64,000 nt of DNA, from NCBI GenBank assembly GCA_045863295.1, contig BTWA01000017.1, forward strand, positions 1 through 64,000, written 5' to 3'. The DNA comes from Candidatus Hydrogenedentota bacterium (GTDB lineage: Bacteria; Hydrogenedentota; Hydrogenedentia; Hydrogenedentales; SLHB01). The notes beneath the pieces were generated by a model that saw only the letters and a list, made by a program, of their open reading frames with translations, was not told the origin of the DNA and made no database searches. Within the stretch, counting starts at the first letter, position 1. Every line of letters starts with the position of its first letter. Both the position numbers and the translations under genes were made by a program. Positions 52,673 through 62,200 of this stretch are shown piece by piece.

Positions 52673-53083
52673 CTATGACAGGGGTCGGTCCGCTGGCAAC
52701 GTCCATGCGCTGGGGTGCTGGTCGAAACCGAGTCGGGGGTAATACTCGACGGCCGCGGGCGCGGACAGCAGGACGAGAAGGCAGCGGGGTCCCAGGCGGC
52801 CACGCGTTTGCTCGACGAGGCTCCGCCCGATGCCCTGGCGCTGGTACGCCTGGTCCACGGCCAGATCGGCGAGATAGCAGCAGAGAGAGAAATCAGTAAC
52901 GGACCGCGCAACCCCTACGAGCCTACTGCCATCCCATGCGGTCGCCATCAGGTTTGCGCCCGCCAGGGCGCCCGCCATGGACGCGCGATCATCCAGCGGC
53001 CGCCGTTCGCCCAAGGTTGATCGGCGCAAGACACCGATGAAAGTGTCGAGATCAATGTTTCGATTTGTGCTGTACTCGATCAT
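52673..53083 (-). CDS. GNAT family N-acetyltransferase
   Basis: YLADLAVDQAYQRQGIG. Confidence 0.88.
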   Translation of the reverse strand: MIEYSTNRNIDLDTFIGVLRRSTLGERRPLDDRASMAGALAGANLMATAWDGSRLVGVARSVTDFSLCCYLADLAVDQAYQRQGIGRSLVEQTRGRLGPRCLLVLLSAPAAVEYYPRLGFDQHPSAWTLPADRPLS

Positions 53084-53289
53084 GGCGTGTGGCCTCCCGA
53101 TGCGCGTTTACAAAGTATACAGGCATGCGCATGGGAAGCACGTAAGCGCGCTGAAAGTGGGACGCTAGAAAACCTATCCGGGAAGGGGTTGTCATGACGG
53201 GTGCTTCCACGCCCAACGTGGAGAATCATGCCTTGCGGAAGCTCTTACTGACGACTCCTGCCGTCCAATGCGCACCCTTCACATGTTAC

Positions 53290-55146
53290 TTATTCCATCC
53301 TGGGGCCTTGTTGCTTTACCAATTTTCCGCCCTGCCACTTGTACCATTCGCGTTGGTAATAGAACTGGCATACGGCCCCTTCTTTGATGTCGGATTTGGA
53401 GAATGCATTTATGGCGTTCATGTCCTGGACCCGTTTGACGCCGCTGATGGTTACGCGTTTTCGAGCCGCTTCCGTCAACCCGGGCCCCATCACCTTGTAT
53501 TCAACGGCACCGCCTGTAACGAACCAGACGCCGTCAATCTGCGAGAATGCCGCCTCACTCAATGCAATGTCGGTGGATTGGCTGGGTCCAACAACCCCGT
53601 TGCAGAAATCTCCGCTTCGGACATTCAAGTGTATTTGTGCGGGAAGGTAGCCATGAGACGGATCGATCCAAACCGTGCCGCGGCCGTACTTCGATTCAAA
53701 GTCCAAGGCATAACAGGTTGAGCCGTTTATGACTTCCGTGGCGGATCGTACGGCCACGCTGCCGGCTTCCATCATTTCGTCAATGCGGAAATAACACATC
53801 CCCACAAAACCCAGTAGCGGACCTGCGGCGAATCCGCCGGCGGCCTTACGTAGATCGCCCTCGGGATCCGGACCACTTCGCAGCCCGGCGTAACCCGCGG
53901 GCTGGTTCGGGATGCGCGGATCGAGCGAATAGGCCCAGTGTTCGCTTCCGTCAAACGAAATGAGGGCGAACTTGGCACGGTCTCGGGGAACAAACTCCAT
54001 GCTGCCTGCCTGACCCCACGACCAATAGCGCCATACCGAACGATACCCATCGGTGATTAATTCGCCTTCCTCAAGGAGCGTTCGCGGCCCACCGCTATAC
54101 GCATTCGGTTCGCTCACAATGTTGCTGTTGCGAACCTCATCGGATTTGTATTTCAGGGAGACTCCATAAATCTGAGCGTCGAAAGCCTGCGATAGTGCCG
54201 TTGTGAGCGCCTGGGCATTTACTTCCACACTTTCTGCCTGGGCGTTCGCCGCGCCTGGAACCGGCCGCCGTGCCTTGGGATGGTCCGGGGTGAGCTTTAA
54301 GGGTCCGCTTCCTGCGCCGATGCTTGGTTTGCTTTCTTGAGCCTGGGCCACGTTGCCGCCAAAAGGGGCGCTTTCCGTTGTCAACCAGAAACCAGCAAAA
54401 CCGATACCCGCGAGGCTGGCCGCCGTTAATGCGATCCCGGCCGCCTTTGTGCCCAGTTTAGCCAACACTGTCTGCACGAAACTTGAACCGCCACCCGCCG
54501 CGATCACCTCACTGTGAACTGTAGCCAATTGGTCCAACATGGCTGCCAGAGCACCCGGGATGGGTGCGGCCTCTGCCATGTGCGCATGCAACAGGCCGGC
54601 CAGGGGAAGAGCCCCCACGGAGACGCCGCGCCGTTTCAGCCCTTTACCCACTTCGCCAATAGCCCGTTCGATACGGTGGCTCAGCGTTCGCCTTGGCACA
54701 CCCAAACGGCGGGCGATGGCCGTCAATGTCTGTCCTTCGACATACCGGGCGACCAACGGTTCCCTCAGCTCACTCGGCAACTCGGCGACGGCCTCGTCTA
54801 CGTAGTGGTGAATATCGTTCCATTGTGGATGTTCGGATTCAGGCCGCTGCGCCGCGTAGCGATCTTCCCGTGCGAGGCGCCGCCGATTGGTTCTGAGTCT
54901 GTGCAGGCACTTGCGTGTGGCCACGCCATACAGCCAAGCCCCAACAGCATCCTGGCGAACGCTCTGGGACTGAGCCAGCGCGACGAAACACTCCTGAGTT
55001 GCGTCTTCAGCTTCGGCGGAGTCGCCGAGCATTCGGCGGCATGTTCCATAAACCATTCCAGAATAACGTTTTACGAGTTCATCGAATGTCTTGGTATTGT
55101 TTTGATTGGCCCATCGATCCCACGCCGACCGCATACCGCCGCTCAT
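53290..55146 (-). CDS. ECF sigma-70 factor with a long C-terminal membrane/periplasmic extension
   Basis: AEDATQECF, WLYGVA, region 4 HTH; TM near aa 235-256; about 360-aa distal domain. Confidence 0.85.
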   Translation of the reverse strand: MSGGMRSAWDRWANQNNTKTFDELVKRYSGMVYGTCRRMLGDSAEAEDATQECFVALAQSQSVRQDAVGAWLYGVATRKCLHRLRTNRRRLAREDRYAAQRPESEHPQWNDIHHYVDEAVAELPSELREPLVARYVEGQTLTAIARRLGVPRRTLSHRIERAIGEVGKGLKRRGVSVGALPLAGLLHAHMAEAAPIPGALAAMLDQLATVHSEVIAAGGGSSFVQTVLAKLGTKAAGIALTAASLAGIGFAGFWLTTESAPFGGNVAQAQESKPSIGAGSGPLKLTPDHPKARRPVPGAANAQAESVEVNAQALTTALSQAFDAQIYGVSLKYKSDEVRNSNIVSEPNAYSGGPRTLLEEGELITDGYRSVWRYWSWGQAGSMEFVPRDRAKFALISFDGSEHWAYSLDPRIPNQPAGYAGLRSGPDPEGDLRKAAGGFAAGPLLGFVGMCYFRIDEMMEAGSVAVRSATEVINGSTCYALDFESKYGRGTVWIDPSHGYLPAQIHLNVRSGDFCNGVVGPSQSTDIALSEAAFSQIDGVWFVTGGAVEYKVMGPGLTEAARKRVTISGVKRVQDMNAINAFSKSDIKEGAVCQFYYQREWYKWQGGKLVKQQGPRME

Positions 55147-55308
55147 GGTGTAATTCCTCCATGTCGCAAGTAATATCCTAACTCCATTCTATAATTGCCG
55201 CCAACGGAACTTTTGGCCACGATTAGGATATCGTGCACATGCAATCTGCTTGAGTGTTGGCCTCATCAACTGAAATACAGGCTTCCCCACTCCTTCAGGA
55301 GAACTCCC

Positions 55309-56868
55309 ATGCGATCCGGTTTATCGCTTTTCGTGATGTTGCTGGCGTCTGTCGTAGTGTCCCTGGCGTTTGCTGAACCCGCTATGCGGGAAGTTGTGGA
55401 GGGCATATCCACCTCGCGCGTGGTGCCGGGTGAACCCTACGACCTGCAGGGGAAGCGGGTTGTCTTTACGAACTGGCATTTTGTGCAACCTGGGGATTTG
55501 GATTGGCGGGATCCGCAGGAGAAGAGCGTATACGTGCATGGGAATTCGGAATTGTTCGAGGCGCACCATGTAGGAATTCGGGCTCCGAGGGGAATCAAGA
55601 TAACCGTACGTAAGCCGGCGGTGATCGGGCCTTTCGACAACATGCCGTACCGGTGCATATTGCAGGACAGCGGGATCTACAAGGGGTGGACCTCGTCGGA
55701 GTATTACGAATCGCAGGACGGCATGCAGTGGGAGAAGAAGGCGAACCTCGTTTTGGATGCGCCTGCTTCGGACGGCGTTTACCAGGTGTTTATCGATCCG
55801 TCCGCACCCGCCGAGGAGCGATACAAGGCGGTTTGGGTGGGCACGATCTCGAAGGAGGCGTTTGACACGTACCGCGCAAATCGGCCCGATGGATGGGAGC
55901 CGCGCGCTCTATTGCATTATGGGGAAACGGGCGAGGTCTCGGCCATCCGGGGTAGCGTGTCTCCGGATGGCGTTCACTGGAGAACGCTGCCAGACCCAAT
56001 CGTGGCCGAGTATGCGGACACGTTGAATACAGCGTACTACGATCCGGTACTGCGGCAATATGTGATGTACACGCGTCAATGGTCGCTGGGCGAGCGGGCG
56101 CGGGCGTTGCCTTCAGACATTCGCAATTCGTGGACTGGTGTGGGCCGGCGGGCGGTGGGGCGCAGCGCAACAGATGACTTCGCTACGTTTCCGGTGTCTG
56201 AAATGATCCTGGAGCCGGCGCCCGACATGCCGCCGTCGGAGCAAATCTACACGAATTGTCGTACAACCATTCCCGGGGCACCGGATCATCATCTCATGTT
56301 TCCCGCGCTTTGGAACGCTTCTGTTGACGACACGACGCGCATTGCGGTGGTCTCGAGTCATGATGGCAAGCTGTGGCATTGGGTACCCGGCGGGGACATT
56401 CTTTATACCCAACCGTTTGGCCGGTGGGATGGCGGATGCATATGGACGCTGCCCAACTTGATTGAACTGCCCGATGGCGATTGGGCGTTGCCGTATCTCG
56501 GTCACAATGTGCCGCACAAATATCCGCGAGGAAAGCGGGAAGGGGGCATGGGGTACGCCGTTTGGCCCAAGGGCCGGATGATTGCTTTGGAGGCCGAGAA
56601 TTCGGGTGGATTTACGATGATTCCCGTGCTGGCCGAAGGCCGCACGCTGAAAGTCAATGCCGTGACCCATCGCACCGGGTGGGTGAAGGTGTCGGTAGCG
56701 GGCAAAGACCGCCGAGCCATGAACGATTGCATACCGATTGTGGGAGACCACCCTTGGGTGACCGTTCAATGGAAAGAGGGTAGTGATCTCGGCGTCGAAC
56801 CTGGCCAACCTGTCACGCTTCAATTTGAGATGTATCAAGCGGATCTGTTCGGGGTTGAATTCGACTAA
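55309..56868 (+). CDS. Exported glycoside-hydrolase-like beta-propeller protein
   Basis: Signal peptide; SQDGMQW, SPDGVHW, SHDGKLW repeats; ADT, YVMYTR. Confidence 0.7.
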   Translation: MRSGLSLFVMLLASVVVSLAFAEPAMREVVEGISTSRVVPGEPYDLQGKRVVFTNWHFVQPGDLDWRDPQEKSVYVHGNSELFEAHHVGIRAPRGIKITVRKPAVIGPFDNMPYRCILQDSGIYKGWTSSEYYESQDGMQWEKKANLVLDAPASDGVYQVFIDPSAPAEERYKAVWVGTISKEAFDTYRANRPDGWEPRALLHYGETGEVSAIRGSVSPDGVHWRTLPDPIVAEYADTLNTAYYDPVLRQYVMYTRQWSLGERARALPSDIRNSWTGVGRRAVGRSATDDFATFPVSEMILEPAPDMPPSEQIYTNCRTTIPGAPDHHLMFPALWNASVDDTTRIAVVSSHDGKLWHWVPGGDILYTQPFGRWDGGCIWTLPNLIELPDGDWALPYLGHNVPHKYPRGKREGGMGYAVWPKGRMIALEAENSGGFTMIPVLAEGRTLKVNAVTHRTGWVKVSVAGKDRRAMNDCIPIVGDHPWVTVQWKEGSDLGVEPGQPVTLQFEMYQADLFGVEFD

Positions 56869-57014
56869 CGGCATTCGCTTGTGTCCGTTCGGGAGTAGAG
56901 GGCTGCTTCCATTTGTTTTCAGCGATGTTGGATTGCAGGCGCTTACACTGGAGACTTCGCCGTGCAAACCCCTTGATGCGTGGGCATTACTTAACTCAGA
57001 GGAAAATACCCCCA

Positions 57015-57806
57015 ATGAACCTTCAGCTGAACGGCAAACGCGCTTTAGTTACAGGCAGCACGGCGGGTATTGGCTATTCGATAGCGGTGGCGCTGGCACG
57101 CGAAGGGGCTCACGTTATTGTGAATGGCCGATCATCGGTTTCGGTGGAAACAGCGGTTGCCGCGATAGTTCGCGAAACGAGTGGTACCGTGGTGGGATTC
57201 ACGGGCGATTTGAGCAAGGCGGAAGCGGCAGAGTCTTTGGTGAACGCCCACCCAGATATCGATATCCTGATCAACAATCTGGGTATTTTTGAGCCAAAGG
57301 CGTTTGAAGATATTCCGGATGAGGACTGGCGCCGGTTTTTTGAGATCAACGTATTGAGTGGAGCGCGTCTGTCACGACTGGTGTTGCCTTATATGAAGAA
57401 GAAGAATTGGGGACGGATTATCTTCGTATCGAGTGAAAGTGGGGTACAGATACCCTCCGAGATGATTCACTACGGCATGACAAAAACCGCACAACTGGCG
57501 GTTTCGCGAGGTCTGGCGGAAACCCTGGCCGGGACAGGCGTTACAGTAAACTGCGTGCTGCCCGGACCCACAAAATCGCGGGGAGTGACGGATTTCGTGG
57601 ACGCGCTGGCGTCAAGCAAGGGAATGTCCTTCGAGGCTTTCGAGAAAGAGTTTTTCGAAACGGTGCGGCCTACGTCGCTCATCAAGCGCTTTGCCATGCC
57701 GGAGGAAGTGGCTGACCTCGTGGCCTTTGTGGCAAGTCCGCTGGCGTCCGCGACGACCGGCGCAGCTCTCCGAGTGGACGGAGGCACCATTAAGAGCGCC
57801 TTTTGA
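57015..57806 (+). CDS. Short-chain dehydrogenase/reductase
   Basis: TGSTAGIG, NNLG, YGMTK, VDGG. Confidence 0.92.
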   Translation: MNLQLNGKRALVTGSTAGIGYSIAVALAREGAHVIVNGRSSVSVETAVAAIVRETSGTVVGFTGDLSKAEAAESLVNAHPDIDILINNLGIFEPKAFEDIPDEDWRRFFEINVLSGARLSRLVLPYMKKKNWGRIIFVSSESGVQIPSEMIHYGMTKTAQLAVSRGLAETLAGTGVTVNCVLPGPTKSRGVTDFVDALASSKGMSFEAFEKEFFETVRPTSLIKRFAMPEEVADLVAFVASPLASATTGAALRVDGGTIKSAF

Positions 57807-57900
57807 GGCCGGACGACCGGTTGTTACTTTCAGCTCTTTGCCGCAGTGAACTCAGCCAGAATTCCGGTGTCAAAAGCCATGAGACCCTTTCAGGGAGAGA

Positions 57901-59187
57901 ATGGCGATGTCCGAACCACTTGGGCTTACAAATTCGAAGCGGCGGTTTCGACTCTATGCGATTGCAGTGGCCATTGCGTTGCTTGGCTATGCCGGCTGGT
58001 ATCTTTTGCAGGGCTGGCCTGTGTTGGTGGCGGGCGGGTTGACTCGGCCTGCGATGCCTGCAGACGCATTTGAGCTGGCGATTGCCACCGACAAGACGGA
58101 GTACGGTGTAGGGGAAAAGGTGGCCATCACGGCGATTCTCACGAACCGGTCTGGGAAGACGGTCTATCTGGCGCGCCCATTGGACGGATCGGAGCGCGGG
58201 CGGTCTCCTGTGGCGCGGTTTACCGTGGAGGCGCCGCCTTCGGCCCTGCCGAAAGAGCAACTGGGTCTATGCGGCAATACCAATCCGATTGACACGGGCG
58301 CGTTTGTGGAAGTACCGGATGGTGGCAGCCTGCCACTTGTGATCGACGGCGGTTTTTGGCTGAACTACGAGCTGAACCGTGGTGCGGGGGAATACCGCAT
58401 TCAGATGACCTATTCCACGGAAGCGACCGAACCGTCCGCGTGGGTTGGTGGGCCGATGCAGCCATTGGCTGAGAACCGGATTCTGCTTTCGATTGCCCCG
58501 TACTTGTCTTGTGTGCCGCGTATCAAGGTAGTGAGCAACGAGGTCGTTCTTTCGTTCAAGAGCCGATATCCCAGCCCAATTGCCGCCCTTCAGCAAGGAG
58601 ACCTTGAGGCCGTAAAGTTTGGTTTGCGTGAAATTGAGGCGATGGATACTGCGGCGAGACCGGCAGATTACACGACCGCGGCGTTGGACGCGTTGACCCG
58701 CCTGTACGCGGCCTCGGACTATGCCTACCACGATGTTGCCGCGCTGGCCATGCCGTTGTTGGCGTCGGATGCCAGGGAAAAGGACGCGGATCTATTCTGG
58801 AGTATGCTGGAACCGGAGCGACGGTGGGCCGAGCGGCGGGTCTATCTGGATCAAGGCGGAAGTAATATGGGAGCGTATGTGCTTGCGGTGACGTTGAAGA
58901 GTTCCGAAGCTTTGCGCGCGGATCGATTGCAGTACCTGACCCATTCTCAAAACTATGAGACCGATCATGCGGGGCAAACTTTGGATCCCATTCCTTTGGA
59001 TATGCGTACCATCCGCGTTCTTGTCATGGCCACCGGGTCCGACGTGGACCGCGCCATTGTCGGCCTTGCCGGTAGGCCGGAGCTTTTTTACGAAGGAGCG
59101 AAATCTGAAGAAGCCAAGCTACTTCGTCAAGTTATGGATGAACGCGGGTTGACGTTTCCTGAATCCTCACAGGCCAAGTCCAACTGA
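57901..59187 (+). CDS. Hypothetical membrane-anchored protein with an Ig-like domain
   Basis: N-terminal TM; TDKTEYGVGEKV...LTNRS...GEYRIQMTY. Confidence 0.7.
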   Translation: MAMSEPLGLTNSKRRFRLYAIAVAIALLGYAGWYLLQGWPVLVAGGLTRPAMPADAFELAIATDKTEYGVGEKVAITAILTNRSGKTVYLARPLDGSERGRSPVARFTVEAPPSALPKEQLGLCGNTNPIDTGAFVEVPDGGSLPLVIDGGFWLNYELNRGAGEYRIQMTYSTEATEPSAWVGGPMQPLAENRILLSIAPYLSCVPRIKVVSNEVVLSFKSRYPSPIAALQQGDLEAVKFGLREIEAMDTAARPADYTTAALDALTRLYAASDYAYHDVAALAMPLLASDAREKDADLFWSMLEPERRWAERRVYLDQGGSNMGAYVLAVTLKSSEALRADRLQYLTHSQNYETDHAGQTLDPIPLDMRTIRVLVMATGSDVDRAIVGLAGRPELFYEGAKSEEAKLLRQVMDERGLTFPESSQAKSN

Positions 59188-59209
59188 TCACGGCGACTTA
59201 CTCAGCTCT

Positions 59210-62200
59210 TTACTCAGCATTCGCCAGTGACGCCACCTCAGATGCAGTCGCGGTGGCAGGCGCCGAGGCGGTGAGTCCGTCACCGCCTTCCAATGGCGCG
59301 AGAAAGAATTCCCAGTCCGCACCCCGGTTAACAAGTTTGATCACCACCGTATTGACTCCCTGCTGCAACGTTGCTTTGAATCGTTCCTGATCCGGGACTG
59401 CGGCTGTGCCCTGCAATCGTTCGAAGACTTTCTTTCCATTGACCCAGACGCGAGGCAGATCGTCGGCTCCAAACGAGAATGTGACTTCGCGGGCATCCGG
59501 CGATTGGATGGTGGTCACTGCGTAGGCTAGTTTATTCTCTCGCGATTCGTCGTCGAGCCCCAAGGCCTTGTCAATTTCTATGGCTCGAACCACGTCCGTT
59601 GGCGAAACGATTGCGGAACTCGACGCGTCGGATACGCCGGACTCAATCAAGCCTTTTTCCAATTCGGGAATGTAATCCAGCGGCGATCCTTCCAAGCCTG
59701 TCTCGGAGACGTCGAAGGGACCCATGACCACCCAATTTTCGACCATGCGATCCCACAGGGCCGCTTCCTCCGCTTCGACGCCGGTCAACCCCGCGGCAGT
59801 GGCTACTGCTGCCGCCGAATCCGCCGCGCCTGCCTTTTCCGCAAGCGCGCTGTAAAAGCCGACGAGATCCGAACCGCGGTCGTGCGCAGGTTTCTCAGCG
59901 ATTGCGGCGAGAATCACTTCCTTGAGTTTGGGAAGTGATTCGGCCGACACCTTTTCGGCAATCGCATGGCGTGCGTTCGTAGCCTGTGCATCTCCCAGGG
60001 GGATAAGTTGCACGTAATACCGCATTGCCTCGGGAAGACTGGTTTCGCATTCCAGTTTCACGGCACTCAACAGGGCTTCGTTGCGCGCACTTTGCCCGAA
60101 GCCTCCGTTCGCGATACGTTGATACAGACGCATCGCATCGTCGTGCCGGTGGTTTTCTTTGAACAGGTTGGACATCTCGGCCGCTTGCTGCTCGGTCAGA
60201 ACGGGCGATTCTATTAAGGCGGCCAATTCAGCAAGGCTTTCGTCCGAGGCGCCTTCGTGCGCCTTGAACAAGCTTTCATAGCACGCCAACTGCTGTTCGT
60301 ATGGCACATTGGCGCGCAAGAGGTCGAGAAAGGCTTGCTTTTGTTCGGGCGAGCCTGCCTTGGCATAGGCCACCAGGATCTTCGTCTGTGTGGTCCAGGC
60401 CCCAGGTTGACGCGACAACAATTTTTCGAACGCCGCAAGCGCACCGGCAGGATCACCTGCATCGACAAAGCCAGTTCCCAGCAACGCCAATTCCCCATTA
60501 TTGAGCTGAGGCGCGCCCGCCGCCTTGCGCAACCATTCCAGCGCGGCGCCGGGATCGTCCAGATCGATGAGCGCGAGTGCCAGCTTGATTTGCGCCACGC
60601 TTCTTTCCACGGGTAATGCCGTTACCGCGGCTCGCGCCGCTTGGGCGCTGTCCTTTGCTTTGCGACTCGCCCGATTGCTGAAGCCACAGACCATGGCGGT
60701 TACCGCGCCTGGAGTAGGCGCGGCGCTCACCGCAGCGAGGGCGGCGTCAAAATTTGCTGGATTCTGTGCGATGGCTTGTCCTACGGTATCGGCAAGATCA
60801 CTCGCGCGCCTATCAGGAATCTGTTGCATGGCGGTTTCGAGTGCGGCAAACGCGTTGGCGGCATCGCCCATTTCCAGATGGGCCTGTACAAGCGCGATAT
60901 GAAATTGTTCGCCTGCCGGATCGATTGAAATGCCCTTTTGGGCGGCCGCGATGGCAACGTCATACAACTTTTCCGAAACCAGCCAACGGACGAACGATTC
61001 CGGGTTTAACTCCTCTGTGGCTTCCGCCGCAACGCGAATGGCATCTTCGCCGCGCCCCAATTTGGCATAGCACCGGGCAAGAGAGGCCTTTGTGCCGCTG
61101 TAGGCGCGCGAGAGCGTGGATGCCCTTTCGAGGTACGGCAAGGCCTGTTCATAGCGTTTCTGCTCGATAAGCAGTTGGGCGATGCTCTGGCTGGCATTGG
61201 CATCCTTGGCCCATGCGTACAGTTCAGTAAGCGTTTTCACAGCGTCTTCAGGCCGCTGAATGTTGAAATACGTTTGTGCGAGTTCGATCGTAGCGCTCAC
61301 TTCGGCCTGTGTATTCGTGGCCACGCTCAGGTCGGACGTCAACGCCAGTTCTTCTTCGTACCGTCCTTGCGCGTGTAACGCACCAACCAACCCCTGTCGC
61401 GCCTGACTTTCAAACCGGTTTTTGTCAAGTACCGTTTTATAGAGTTCGATGGCGCGGTCATAGTTCCCAATTTGCGAGTTTAATCGCGCACATGCCAGTA
61501 CGAGAGGCGTCATGGGATTGGGGTCTTCGAAAATGCGCGCCTCGAGTGGCCCGTAGAACTTGCGCAGATTAAACTTACCGCCCATGCGATCGGCGATCCG
61601 GTTGACGTAGTAATCACGGTTGTAGCGGTCGCCGTATCGGAGGAACTTCCAAGCATGATCAATGATCGCGTTTGGATCGCCTTCCTGCAAACAGAGGTCC
61701 GCATATGCTTCACTAGAGCCTTGCCATTGATCCAGAAATCCTTCGTCTTTATTGGCCATGAAAAGGGCGTAGGCTTCCGAATACAAGGCTTTCTGCGTCA
61801 GGAATTCGTAGTAGGCGCTGAACGAATTTGCATCTTTTGAGCGATCGAACAGCTCTTTGTACGCAGATTTTGCCGCCTCGATGTTGCCCATAGAGGCTTC
61901 AAGCCCGGCGAAGTGCAGGATCGTCTGATCTTTCAAGGACGGGTCGACGGTTTGCAGCGCGCTTTCCTTCAACGTAAGAATCTGTTTCCAGCGGCCCACC
62001 TGCTGCAGAAAAGTTGTGTACACCGGCCCGCGCTCTGCCAAGCGTTGAGGATACCATGCTTGAAACAGTGCATCGGCATCTTCCACACGACCCAGCGAAA
62101 CCAGGCAATTGGCATACTGCTGCACATACGCGCCGTTATCCTTGTCCAGTTCCACCGCTTTTGCGAATAGAGGCGCGGCCGCTTCGAAATTGTCTTCGCG

